The notes under the pieces: generated by a model
The model's input: only the letters and a program-made list of their open reading frames with translations
What the model was told of the DNA's origin: nothing
Databases searched by the model: none
Origin: Candidatus Hydrogenedentota bacterium
GTDB lineage: Bacteria; Hydrogenedentota; Hydrogenedentia; Hydrogenedentales; SLHB01
Assembly (NCBI GenBank): GCA_016215105.1
Contig: JACRLJ010000015.1
Span: forward strand, 1,438 to 65,437
Direction: 5' to 3'
Length of the DNA stretch: 64,000 bases
Program-made: the position numbers and the translations under genes
Shown: positions 29,072-37,934 of the stretch, in pieces
Layout of the letters: every line of letters begins with the position of its first letter
How positions within the stretch are numbered: the stretch's first letter is position 1

Positions 29072-30073
29072 TTAGGCCTTGCGCGAAGACGCCAAGGCGG
29101 TGTCGATGAACAACTCCAGCATCCGCGGGAACGGGATACCGGCGGCGGCGGCTTGGGGTAACAACGAGGTCTCCGTCATACCGGGTATGGTGTTGACCTC
29201 GATCCACACGGGGTCGCCCTCGTCCAGGATCATATCACTGCGGCTGAAACCTCTACAACCCACAAGCTCATGCGCATGCACGGCGACTTCCTGAATTCGG
29301 CGGGTGGTTTCGGCGTCGAGCGGCGCGGGACAAATCTCCTCGGTGGCGCCGGGGGTGTACTTGGCATGGTAATCGAAGAAGGCCGCTGTGACGGGGCGGA
29401 TCTCGATGACCGGCAGCGCGCGCAGGCCGTCTTCGCCGACGAGGTCCACCACACCGCACGTGACCTCCGTTCCGGTGATATATTCCTCGGCAAGGACCCG
29501 GTCGTCGTATCCCAGCACCTCGGGCATGCTCTCTCGGAATTCGTCCGCATTCTGCGGGATGGCCATGCCCAGACTCGACCCTTGGCAGGGGCTCTTGATA
29601 ACACAGGGAAAACCCAGCTCCGCGTCCACCTTGCGTACCACGGCGCCAGCGTCGGCGTCCCATTCGCGCCGCAGGACGACAAGTTGGTTCGCCACGCGGA
29701 TACCTGCGTCGCGGACGACGGCCTTGCTGCGGACCTTGTCCATGGCCAGTGCGCTTCCCGCGCATCCCGATCCCGTATAGGGAATGCCCAGCAGGTCGAA
29801 CATGCCCTGGATGCGTCCGTCTTCGCCGAAGGGACCGTGCAGCGCGAGGAACACGCAGTCCGTGTTGATGGCCCGCAGGTGCGGCAGCGCATCGTGAATC
29901 GCCTTGAGCGGTTCGCCCGGAAACTTCCATTTGCCGTCGCGCGTAATGGTTACCGGCGTGATCTCGAACCGGTTCCGGTCCAAGTTCCCCGCCACCATCG
30001 TGCCCGACTTGATGGATACGTCGTGTTCAGAACTGGCGCCGCCCATGAGGACGGCCACGTGCGTCTTTGTCAT
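29072..30073 (-). CDS. ddl: D-alanine--D-alanine ligase.
   Basis: VAVLMGGASSEHDVSIKSG and ATP-grasp motifs (EVNTIPGMTETSL). Confidence 0.92.
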   Translation of the reverse strand: MTKTHVAVLMGGASSEHDVSIKSGTMVAGNLDRNRFEITPVTITRDGKWKFPGEPLKAIHDALPHLRAINTDCVFLALHGPFGEDGRIQGMFDLLGIPYTGSGCAGSALAMDKVRSKAVVRDAGIRVANQLVVLRREWDADAGAVVRKVDAELGFPCVIKSPCQGSSLGMAIPQNADEFRESMPEVLGYDDRVLAEEYITGTEVTCGVVDLVGEDGLRALPVIEIRPVTAAFFDYHAKYTPGATEEICPAPLDAETTRRIQEVAVHAHELVGCRGFSRSDMILDEGDPVWIEVNTIPGMTETSLLPQAAAAGIPFPRMLELFIDTALASSRKA

Positions 30074-30360
30074 AATTCAGGAATTCCCTTTCACGTCCCT
30101 TGCGCGCTGGACGGGCGCGTCGAGCACAAAGCATAGCACACCGTTTCGCTGTGGTTCTTTTGTCATCTTGCAGTTGCGAAATGGCGCCAAGTCTGAGAAC
30201 CGCGCGGTTTCCCGGACTCGACCCCATCCCCGGACACTATGATACCCAAAGGCCCGCTTTGGTTTCCGGCGCGGAATTCGCAGACTCCAGAGGAGGCGAC
30301 GGTCTGCGAAAGGCACCCGAAATGAGCAAGGTTTTGCCAATCCGATACTGGACTACTAAC

Positions 30361-30475
30361 GTGTCATTCTGAGCGGTAGCGAAGAACCTAACCCGTGCAA
30401 GTTGAGCGCCCTGCTCCTTACGCACGGCTGTTGCACGTTGGCAGGAGATTCTTCGCTACCGCTCAGAATGACACG
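30361..30475. repeat. Repeat family B, full copy (B2) with about 27-bp terminal inverted repeats.
   Basis: GTGTCATTCTGAGCGGTAGCGAAGAA...TTCTTCGCTACCGCTCAGAATGACACG. About 85% identical overall to 55658..55773. Confidence 0.85.
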
Positions 30476-30533
30476 TTGTTGGGATCTATTCGGGAGGGTA
30501 CGGGGCAGGATTCCGCGGGCTTTTTGTACCCCC

Positions 30534-30570
30534 TTGACAAATGCTCATAATTGTATTAAAATCTTAATAC
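30534..30570 (+). promoter_or_regulatory. Sigma-70-like promoter (TTGACA-N17-TAAAAT) overlapping an 18-bp palindrome GTATTAAAATCTTAATAC, a candidate GntR autoregulatory operator.
   Basis: TTGACA at 30534..30539. -10 TAAAAT at 30557..30562. Palindrome at 30553..30570, about 30 bp upstream of the GntR start. Confidence 0.45.
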
Positions 30571-30601
30571 AATAGTCATTCTCCCGGCGAGGGTTTTCAT
30601 C

Positions 30602-31003
30602 ATGCAGATGCACATCTCGACGCACGACGGCGTTCCGATCTACCAGCAGATTGTGAGTCAAGTGAAGTATCTGGTGGCGTCCGGCCGGCTCACTCCCGGC
30701 GATGAACTTCCACCGATTCGCGCCTTGGCGGAGCAACTCCTGATCAATCCCAACACCGTCGCCCGCGCGTACCGTGAATTGGAAACCACGGGCCTCTTGA
30801 CCAAACGCCGCGGGGCGGGCACCTATGTCGCCGACACCGGTTCGCCGTTGGCCCGCGCCGAAAAGATGCGCCTTCTCGCGCAGCGGGCCGACGCGCTGCT
30901 CGTGGAAGCGCGCCAAATGAAAGTCGCCATTGATGATGTGGTTCGTCTCCTCCATGAACGCCAAGACGCCCTGGACCCGGGGATAAAGGAGAAACGCTCA
31001 TGA
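30602..31003 (+). CDS. GntR-family (YtrA-like) transcriptional regulator.
   Basis: HTH signature PPIRALAEQLLINPNTVARAYRELETTGL. Short 133-aa YtrA-type protein. Stop overlaps the ABC gene start (ATGA). Confidence 0.9.
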   Translation: MQMHISTHDGVPIYQQIVSQVKYLVASGRLTPGDELPPIRALAEQLLINPNTVARAYRELETTGLLTKRRGAGTYVADTGSPLARAEKMRLLAQRADALLVEARQMKVAIDDVVRLLHERQDALDPGIKEKRS

Positions 31004-31923
31004 CTGTGCCGCTCGATTCGGAATACGTCCTCGAAGTTGCGGGATTGACGCGCCGCTATGGCGCCAAGGCCGCATTGGACGACATCTGGCTCAAGGTTCC
31101 ACGCGGGGCCGTTTTTGGTCTGGTGGGCGAGAATGGGGCCGGCAAGACCACGCTGATCAAACACCTCATGGGACTTCTTAAGCCACAATTCGGATCGGTG
31201 CGCGTTTTCGGGCGCGATCCGGTTATCGATCCCGAGGGCGCGTTGTCTCGTATCGGTTACCTGTCCGAAGACCGGAGCATGCCGTTGTGGATGAGTGTGA
31301 CCGAGTTGATGGGCTATACGCGGGCCTTCTACCCGAAGTGGGATCAGACGTTTGCGGACGAGCTGCGCGAGACCTTTGCGCTGGACCCGAAAGCGAAGGT
31401 ACGCCACCTGAGCCGGGGCGAACGCGCCAAGCTCGGACTCCTGCTGGCGCTGGCGCATCGTCCGGAATTGCTCATCCTCGACGAGCCCTCGTCCGGGCTG
31501 GATTTGGCCGTGCGGCGGCACATCCTTACGGCGATTATCCAAACCGTGGCGGAGGAGGGCCGAACGGTCTTGTTCTCGTCACATCTGCTGGACGAGGTGG
31601 ACCGCGTCGCCGACTACGTCACCATGATCAATCAAGGCCAGATCGTATTGTCGTCAACCATGGATGAAGCGAAAGAGGCGCATCATCGCATCACGCTGCG
31701 ATTCGCCGAATCGCAGCGCCGAATGCCGTCCCTACCCGGCGCGCTGTTCTGCGAGGGATCGGGTCAAGAGTGGTCTGTCGTGTGCAACGGCCGTCTCGAA
31801 GAGCTGAAGAAGGCGGCGGAGTCCGCGGGGGCGGAGATACTGGCCGAGCAGATTCCGTCGCTCGAGGACATCTTCCTGGCGCACGCGAGCAACGCCCCGA
31901 GGGCAGCGAAAGAGGAGGACTAG
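31000..31923 (+). CDS. ABC transporter ATP-binding protein (ABC-2/YtrB-like).
   Basis: Walker A GENGAGKTT, signature LSRGERAKL and Walker B LLILDEPSSGLD. Confidence 0.9.
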   Translation: MTVPLDSEYVLEVAGLTRRYGAKAALDDIWLKVPRGAVFGLVGENGAGKTTLIKHLMGLLKPQFGSVRVFGRDPVIDPEGALSRIGYLSEDRSMPLWMSVTELMGYTRAFYPKWDQTFADELRETFALDPKAKVRHLSRGERAKLGLLLALAHRPELLILDEPSSGLDLAVRRHILTAIIQTVAEEGRTVLFSSHLLDEVDRVADYVTMINQGQIVLSSTMDEAKEAHHRITLRFAESQRRMPSLPGALFCEGSGQEWSVVCNGRLEELKKAAESAGAEILAEQIPSLEDIFLAHASNAPRAAKEED

Positions 31924-31926
31924 GCC

Positions 31927-33426
31927 ATGCAAGCCTCGATGAACGCGTTGCTGTGGGAACAGTGGCGGCGTACCCGCTGGGCATTGCTGGCGGTATTTGC
32001 CGCGTCAACCGTGGTAACGCTGTATTGCTTCATTTCGCCGAATCTTCCCAAGGACTATCAGACGCCGCCAGAACTGAGCCGAGATTTCCGATCGTTCGCG
32101 ATGATTCTGTATATGTTGGTGCTGTTTCTCCCGCTTGACGGTTCGGATATTAAGCTGGGGCTGCCCCGGTACATGATGACCCTTCCGTGCCGCACTTCGA
32201 TTCTTGCCAAAGCGCAACTCAGATATGGTCTGCTGAGCGCGCTGCTACTCGTAGTGGCTAACGAAGCTGTAGCGGCATGCTTCGTGGGCAATCAGAACTT
32301 TGAACTGGCGCTTCTGGCGGTTTCTTTGCTGGCGATTCTCTACGCGTTGTTCTGGACGTTTGGAATCGTGGCTCCACGGCCAACCCTGTTCGCGGCGGCC
32401 GCCACCGCGGTGACAGTCGTGTATTTTCACAACTTGTGGGAGAAAGCGAGTCTGTTCTTCCTCCCGGCAGAAGCCGTGGCGGCAATCATTGGCGTGTTCC
32501 TGGCCGTATGGGGTATATACCGCGACCGCAATGGCGAACTAGCGCCGGGGGTTTTCGAAAGAAACGAAGAATCGCCTAGTGCCTTTTTGTGGCGCCTCGC
32601 GCACGAGTTCGGATTCACTGCTCCGCCAGGATTGAAACCGCTGTTCCTGTACGAGTGGAAACGAACGTACCGGTACATCCCGATTATTAGTGTGCCTGCG
32701 GTGGTGGTCTGCTGTCTGGCTTTGCCGGGCTTGGATGGGCTGAGCTATCACGCCCGATTCAGAAACACCCAACTCTTCGAACATCTAACGTACACGTCGC
32801 TCGCAATTCCGCTGTTGGTTTGCGGCATAATAGGCCTTTTGCGCGACACTTGGGAGTATCGAGATTTTCGCGCCGGTCCTGGGTTATCGGAATACTGCCG
32901 ACCAGTGAGCGACCGGAGGCTCGTCGCAGCGCGATGGCTGGCCGGAGCCGCCGGAATTAGTCTGACCGAACTTCCGCTGTTACTGATTCTTCTCGCGTCT
33001 GGCGTCTTCTTGGGGGAGATTCGAATCCCAGTGGCTGCGACGAGTCTTATCTTCGTGCCAATTGCCTATATCACGTTAAGCTGGATACTGCTGTGGATCA
33101 GTCCACTGGTATTACTCGCCGCCCTGGTTATTCTCGGTGACATTCCGCACACGCTGACGTTGATACTTTTGTGCGGGATCGCGGGACTGGGATTGTTCGG
33201 GATCGTCCCGGTGGCCATCAGGCGTGGCGCCATATCGTCACGCTGGGTCTTGTTCAGCTTACTGTGCTGGACGGTAGTCTATGCGGTGTTGTACGGATCC
33301 CTCGTTAGACCACTCGATTCGCTTCCGGACGAGGTGTTGATCGCGATCGGAATGGTGGCCGTCATCGCGTGTCTGACATTCGTATGGACGCCACTGACCG
33401 TGCATGGGATGCGCCATCGGAGTTAG
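31927..33426 (+). CDS. Polytopic membrane protein, putative ABC-2 permease partner.
   Basis: About 12 predicted hydrophobic helices. Immediately downstream of the ATPase in the GntR-ABC operon. No motif-level homology call. Confidence 0.65.
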   Translation: MQASMNALLWEQWRRTRWALLAVFAASTVVTLYCFISPNLPKDYQTPPELSRDFRSFAMILYMLVLFLPLDGSDIKLGLPRYMMTLPCRTSILAKAQLRYGLLSALLLVVANEAVAACFVGNQNFELALLAVSLLAILYALFWTFGIVAPRPTLFAAAATAVTVVYFHNLWEKASLFFLPAEAVAAIIGVFLAVWGIYRDRNGELAPGVFERNEESPSAFLWRLAHEFGFTAPPGLKPLFLYEWKRTYRYIPIISVPAVVVCCLALPGLDGLSYHARFRNTQLFEHLTYTSLAIPLLVCGIIGLLRDTWEYRDFRAGPGLSEYCRPVSDRRLVAARWLAGAAGISLTELPLLLILLASGVFLGEIRIPVAATSLIFVPIAYITLSWILLWISPLVLLAALVILGDIPHTLTLILLCGIAGLGLFGIVPVAIRRGAISSRWVLFSLLCWTVVYAVLYGSLVRPLDSLPDEVLIAIGMVAVIACLTFVWTPLTVHGMRHRS

Positions 33427-33545
33427 CGCGGGCCGAATCAGCAGCCGCTGGCAGAGCTGGCGGTATGAGGAATGTCCCTACGGCGGCCTGGCCGCGACGA
33501 TATAGTCTATGGTGTGGATGCTCGGATCGGATGCACGACTGCTAA

Positions 33546-33576
33546 CGTGCCATTCTGAACGGTAGTGAAGAATCTA
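33546..33576. repeat. Repeat family B, degenerate left arm (B3).
   Basis: GTGCCATTCTGAACGGTAGTGAAGAATCTAT versus GTGTCATTCTGAGCGGTAGCGAAGAATCTAA. Confidence 0.5.
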
Positions 33577-33650
33577 TCACCGGCAGAGCCGGAAGATGAC
33601 CTATGACTTAGCACGCGTGGTCACAACCAAGAGCGCCAGTGCATCGACGA

Positions 33651-36600
33651 CTACGGCGTAATTGAGCACTGCGGCAGGTCTTTCTTGAGGATTTTCAGGG
33701 CGCCTGCGGAGACCTTGGTCTGCGATAGGTTCAGCTTGCGCAATTGCGTGAATCCGGACAGGACCGTCGTAGCCTCGTCTGTCACGGGAGTTCCCGACAG
33801 GTTCAAATCGATCAGGTTGGGCAGCTCCTTCAGGGATTCCAGTCCCTTGCCGGTCACCTTTACGTTCAGCAACGTGAGGCGCTCGAGCTGGGTCAGCGCG
33901 GCCAACTCGGCCAAGCCCTCGTCCGTCACTTTGCTCGAGGCGATCTGCAGTTCGCGCAGGCCGGTGAGCTTCGTCAGGTTCCGCAGCTCCGCGTCGGTCG
34001 CAACTCTTCCCATCAGGATGATCGTGTTGAAGCTGTTCTTGTCCAGTGAACTGAGCGCGGTCAAATCCTGCGCGGCCTCGCTGTCGGTTTGGAGCTTGAG
34101 TTCGGCGCCTGGAGGCACTCCGACCTTACCCTGAGCGGGCCCGAGTTTGGCCCACTGCTGCGGGTCTACCGAACCCAAATTGCGGCTGAACAAGGTTCCG
34201 ACGGCTCCGCCGTCACCGAAATTCAGCAATCGCGGCGGCACGGCCAGTCCCGTGTCGCTGGTTCGCGACGAAATAACGGTCTTGACGGAGTCAGTCAACG
34301 TGCCGAACGAGAGGATCCCTTTGGATTCGAGGAACCACAACATGCCAACAAGAACTACCACTGCCGCCACCGCGAACAGCATCAACCGGGAGCGCTCGGG
34401 CGAATCCTGCGAGCCCTTCAAGCGGGTCCCAATTTTGGCCATCGCCGCGTCACGATCTTTCAGCGACTTCCGCAGCTTCTCGACTTCCGCGTGCGCCTTG
34501 GCCAGATCGCCGGACTTATCCCCTTGCGCTTTCCGCAGCGCATCGAGCTCCGCAGCCAGCTTTTGCTCGGATTCGGACGCGTCGCCCGTCTTCGCGCGCA
34601 ACGAGGCCAATTCCTCTTGGAGCGCCGAGACTTCCTCTTCACTTTGCGAGCTGTGCATGCTCGCCGCGACCATTGCTTCGTCGCGATCCGCCAGGGCCTT
34701 CTTGAGCGCCTCGACCTCGGCCTGCGCTTCGGACAGCGCGCCAGCCTTGTTGGATTGTTCGGCGCGCAACGCCGCAAGTTCCTCCGCCAGCTTCTGCTCG
34801 GACTCAGAGGCCTGACCTGTCTTCGCGCGAAGGCCTTCGAGTTCCTGGCGCAGCGCGTTCATGGCGTTTTCGCTGTCCGCGTTCCGCTGCGCCGCGGCGG
34901 ACATGGCTTCGTCGCGTTCCGTGAGCGATTTCTTCAGCGCCTCGACCTCCGCGCGGGCTTCGTCGAGGGCGCCGGATTTGTTGGTCTGCTCTTTACGCAG
35001 CGCTTCGAGTTCGGTTTCGAGCTGCCGCTCGGATTGAGACGCCTGGCCAGCCTTGGCCTGGATGGCCTCCAACTCTTTCTTGAGCGCCTCGACGGCCTTT
35101 TCGCTTTCGGAACTGCGTTGCGCGGCGGCGGACATGGCTTCGTCCCGCTCGCCGAGAGAGCGTTTGAGCGCCTCGACTTCCGCGCGGGCTTCGTCGAGCG
35201 CGCCGGACTTGTCGCTCTGTTCTTTGCGCAGCGCTTCGAGCTCGGAGACCAACTGCTGTTCCGATGTGGACGCCTGACTGGCTTGCCCGCGCAACGATTC
35301 GAGTTCTTGTTGCAGCGCGCTGACGGCCTTTTCACTTTCGGAACTGCGCTGGGTAGCGGCGGCCATGGCCTCGTCGCGTTCGCCCAAAGAATGTTTGAGC
35401 GCTTCGACTTCCGCCCGCGCCTCGGCCAGCGCGTTAGTCTTGTTGGTTTGTTCCGCGCGCAACGCCTCCAATTCACGCGCCAGTTCCTGTTCGGAAGTGG
35501 CCGCGCGCGCCGCGTTCGAGCGCAGAGCATCCAATTCTTGATTCAGCTTGGCCACCGCCGCCGCGCTCTCGGTGCTATTCTTGGTGGCCGTCGCCATGGC
35601 TTCGTCCCGCTCGCTTAGCGTACGCTTCAATGTGTCGAGTTCGGACTGCGCGCCGGTCAACTCGCCGGTCTTCGCCGCTTCGTTGGCTCGAATGGCGTCC
35701 AATTCGCGGGCCAATTGCTGTTCGGAAACCGAGGCCTGTTCCGCTTGCGCACGGATGGCGTCCAGTTCGCGTTTGAGCGCCGTAACGGCCTCGCCACTCT
35801 GCGAGCTGGCCGCGGCAACGGCCTTCTCGCGCTCGGCGAGGGTCTTCCGCAACGCGTCCAACTCGACCCGCGCGCCGGTTAGCGCCTCGGACTTATTGCT
35901 CTCCTTGGACCGCAACTCCTGCAGTTCCGCGGCCAGCGCTTTTTCGGATTTCGCGGCTTCGGCCGCTTTCACGCGCAGACCACCCAATTCGCGCTCCAGC
36001 GCGGCGACCGCTTTTTCGCGTTCGGCGTTGCGCTTGGCGGCTTCGGCGATGGCCACCTCGCGGTCGGACAAGGTGCGCTTCAACGCGTCCAACTCGGAGC
36101 GGGCGCCGGCCAGGGCCTCGGTCTTGCTGCCTTCCTTTTCCCGAAGCTCGCTTAACTGCGCGGCCAGGGCCTTCTCGGACGACGACGCGCGGTCGGCCTT
36201 GGTTCGCAGGGCCTCCAGCTCGGCTTGCAGCGCGGTAACCGCTTTCTCACGCTCGGCGTTTCGTTGCGCGGCCTCCGCGATGGCTTTCTCGCGCTCGGAA
36301 AGGGTTTGCTTCAACGATTCGAGTTCGGTTCGGGCGCCAGCCAGCGCTTCGGTCTTACTGTTCTCCTTGGCGCGCAACTCATTGAGCTGGGTGGTTAGGG
36401 CCTGTTCAGAGGAGGACGCGAGTTCGGCCTTTGCGCCGAGGGCGGCGACTTCCTGCTGCAAGGCGGTGACAGCCTTTTCGCGCTCGGCGCTGTGTTTGGC
36501 GGCTTCCGCGATGGCGGCCTCGCGCGACGACAGTGTCTTCTTGAGGAGTTCGAGCTCTGTTCGAGCGCCCGCCAACGCCTCGGTCTTGTTGCCTTCCTTT

Positions 36601-37772
36601 TCGCGGAGCTGCTGAAGCTCGGCCGTGAGGGCTTTTTCAGAGGTCGCAGCGCGATCCGCCTTGGCGCGGATGGATTGAAGCTCGTTTTGAAGAGAGGCGA
36701 CCTCTTTTTCGCGTTCGGCGTTGCGCCGGGCCGCCTCGGCGATGGCCCCTTCACGGTCAGCCAGCGTGTGCTTGAGCGATTCCAACTCGGTTCGGGCGCC
36801 GGCCAAGGCTTCGGTCTTCGTGCTTTCCTTGGCGCGTATTTCCTTCAACTCCGCCTCGAGAGCTTGCTCAGACGACGCGGCGCGCTCGGCCTGTCCACGG
36901 ATGGATTCGAGTTCCTTTTGCAGCGCGGCAACGGCTTTCTCACGTTCCGCGTTTTGGCGCGCGGCTTCGGCAATGGCCATTTCGCGATCCACTAAGGTCT
37001 GCTTCAACGACTCGAGTTCGGAGCGCGCCCCCGACAACGCTTGGACTTGTTGGCTTTCCTTGGCGCGCAGGTCATTCAACTCGGCCGCCAGCGCCTGCTC
37101 GGATGATGACGCCTGTTCGGCGTTCTGGCGGACCTGTTCGAGTTCCTCGCGGAGAACCGCAAACGCTTTTTCCTTTTCAGCGGTCTGCTTGGCGGCCTCT
37201 TCGATAGCCTTCTCGCGCTCGGATAGTTCCTTTCGCAGCAGCTCCAATTCGGACTGCGCGCCTGATAGTGCTTGAAGCTGCTGGTCCTCTTTGGCCCGCA
37301 GTTCTTCGAGTTCACCGGAGAGGTCCTGCTCAGCGCCGGTCTTTTGCTGGGCTTTCGCGCGGAGCTCCTCGAGTTCCTTCTGGAGTGTTTGTACGGTGCG
37401 CCGCAACCCCGACCGGTCGATCTCGTCGGATTGCTTGAGTTTGAGCGAGGCCTTCAAGGCTTTCGCCTCGAGTTCCTGGGCGCCCAGCCAGGACTGGATT
37501 TCCTTGCCCTGCTCCGGGCTCATCCAGCCGCTCAGCGCGGTGGAATCCTTCCGAACCTGGCCGATCCGGTTCACGAGGGCGTCGCAGGCGGCTCCGGCGT
37601 CGTCCAGCAGGTCCAATGCCGCCAAACTCTGCGCCCGCATGTAGACAATACGGACGCTGTTCGGCAGCGCCTGATCCAATTCCTCCAACACAGCGAGCAC
37701 GTCCAGGTACTTTTTCCCCTGGAACAATCCCGCGATTTGCTCGTACTTTCGCTCGGTCTCTTCTGGGCTCAT
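33651..37772 (-). CDS. Giant (1373 aa) single-pass membrane protein. N-terminal TPR-like segment, about 13 tandem 77-aa coiled-coil repeats, a TM helix, and C-terminal leucine-rich repeats.
   Basis: Repeating unit ALAGARTELESLKQTLSEREKAIAEAAQRNAEREKAVTALQAELEALRTKADRASSSEKALAAQLSELREKEGSKTE. TM helix LMLFAVAAVVVLVGMLWFL. C-terminal LRRs (LTKLTGLRELQIASSKVTD..LTQLERLTLLNVKVT..LPNLIDLNLSGTPVTD..LRKLNLSQTKV). Shadow ORFs on both strands were rejected. Confidence 0.85.
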   Translation of the reverse strand: MSPEETERKYEQIAGLFQGKKYLDVLAVLEELDQALPNSVRIVYMRAQSLAALDLLDDAGAACDALVNRIGQVRKDSTALSGWMSPEQGKEIQSWLGAQELEAKALKASLKLKQSDEIDRSGLRRTVQTLQKELEELRAKAQQKTGAEQDLSGELEELRAKEDQQLQALSGAQSELELLRKELSEREKAIEEAAKQTAEKEKAFAVLREELEQVRQNAEQASSSEQALAAELNDLRAKESQQVQALSGARSELESLKQTLVDREMAIAEAARQNAEREKAVAALQKELESIRGQAERAASSEQALEAELKEIRAKESTKTEALAGARTELESLKHTLADREGAIAEAARRNAEREKEVASLQNELQSIRAKADRAATSEKALTAELQQLREKEGNKTEALAGARTELELLKKTLSSREAAIAEAAKHSAEREKAVTALQQEVAALGAKAELASSSEQALTTQLNELRAKENSKTEALAGARTELESLKQTLSEREKAIAEAAQRNAEREKAVTALQAELEALRTKADRASSSEKALAAQLSELREKEGSKTEALAGARSELDALKRTLSDREVAIAEAAKRNAEREKAVAALERELGGLRVKAAEAAKSEKALAAELQELRSKESNKSEALTGARVELDALRKTLAEREKAVAAASSQSGEAVTALKRELDAIRAQAEQASVSEQQLARELDAIRANEAAKTGELTGAQSELDTLKRTLSERDEAMATATKNSTESAAAVAKLNQELDALRSNAARAATSEQELARELEALRAEQTNKTNALAEARAEVEALKHSLGERDEAMAAATQRSSESEKAVSALQQELESLRGQASQASTSEQQLVSELEALRKEQSDKSGALDEARAEVEALKRSLGERDEAMSAAAQRSSESEKAVEALKKELEAIQAKAGQASQSERQLETELEALRKEQTNKSGALDEARAEVEALKKSLTERDEAMSAAAQRNADSENAMNALRQELEGLRAKTGQASESEQKLAEELAALRAEQSNKAGALSEAQAEVEALKKALADRDEAMVAASMHSSQSEEEVSALQEELASLRAKTGDASESEQKLAAELDALRKAQGDKSGDLAKAHAEVEKLRKSLKDRDAAMAKIGTRLKGSQDSPERSRLMLFAVAAVVVLVGMLWFLESKGILSFGTLTDSVKTVISSRTSDTGLAVPPRLLNFGDGGAVGTLFSRNLGSVDPQQWAKLGPAQGKVGVPPGAELKLQTDSEAAQDLTALSSLDKNSFNTIILMGRVATDAELRNLTKLTGLRELQIASSKVTDEGLAELAALTQLERLTLLNVKVTGKGLESLKELPNLIDLNLSGTPVTDEATTVLSGFTQLRKLNLSQTKVSAGALKILKKDLPQCSITP
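34530..37330 (-). repeat. Intragenic tandem repeat, period about 231 bp (77 codons), about 12-13 units, encoding coiled-coil heptads.
   Basis: Periodicity is visible in the protein translation and in recurring DNA strings such as CTTGAGCGCCTCGACCTCCGCGCGGGCTTCGTCGAG. Confidence 0.85.
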
Positions 37773-37934
37773 ACCGGTTTCCTACCCATCTCTTCTACCC
37801 TGCGCGCAATCACGTCTCGTCCGCTGCCTGATAGTACCACAGGCGCCAAGGTGTTTTCTTGACACCCCGGCCATTCGGACTCTACACTGAATTATGATTT
37901 TTGGCGTAACCCGACACGGCGGAGACTCAGCGGC

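Noticed and set aside
34089-36615. Several long plus-strand ORFs (509, 355, 222 aa)
   Set aside because: Shadows of the giant coiled-coil gene. The tandem repeats keep all frames open. The translations are Ala/Ser/Arg low complexity.
34530-37330. Possible CRISPR-like periodic repeats
   Set aside because: Period is 231 bp with no short spacer/repeat alternation, and the repeats are in-frame coding coiled-coil units. No cas genes. Not a CRISPR array.
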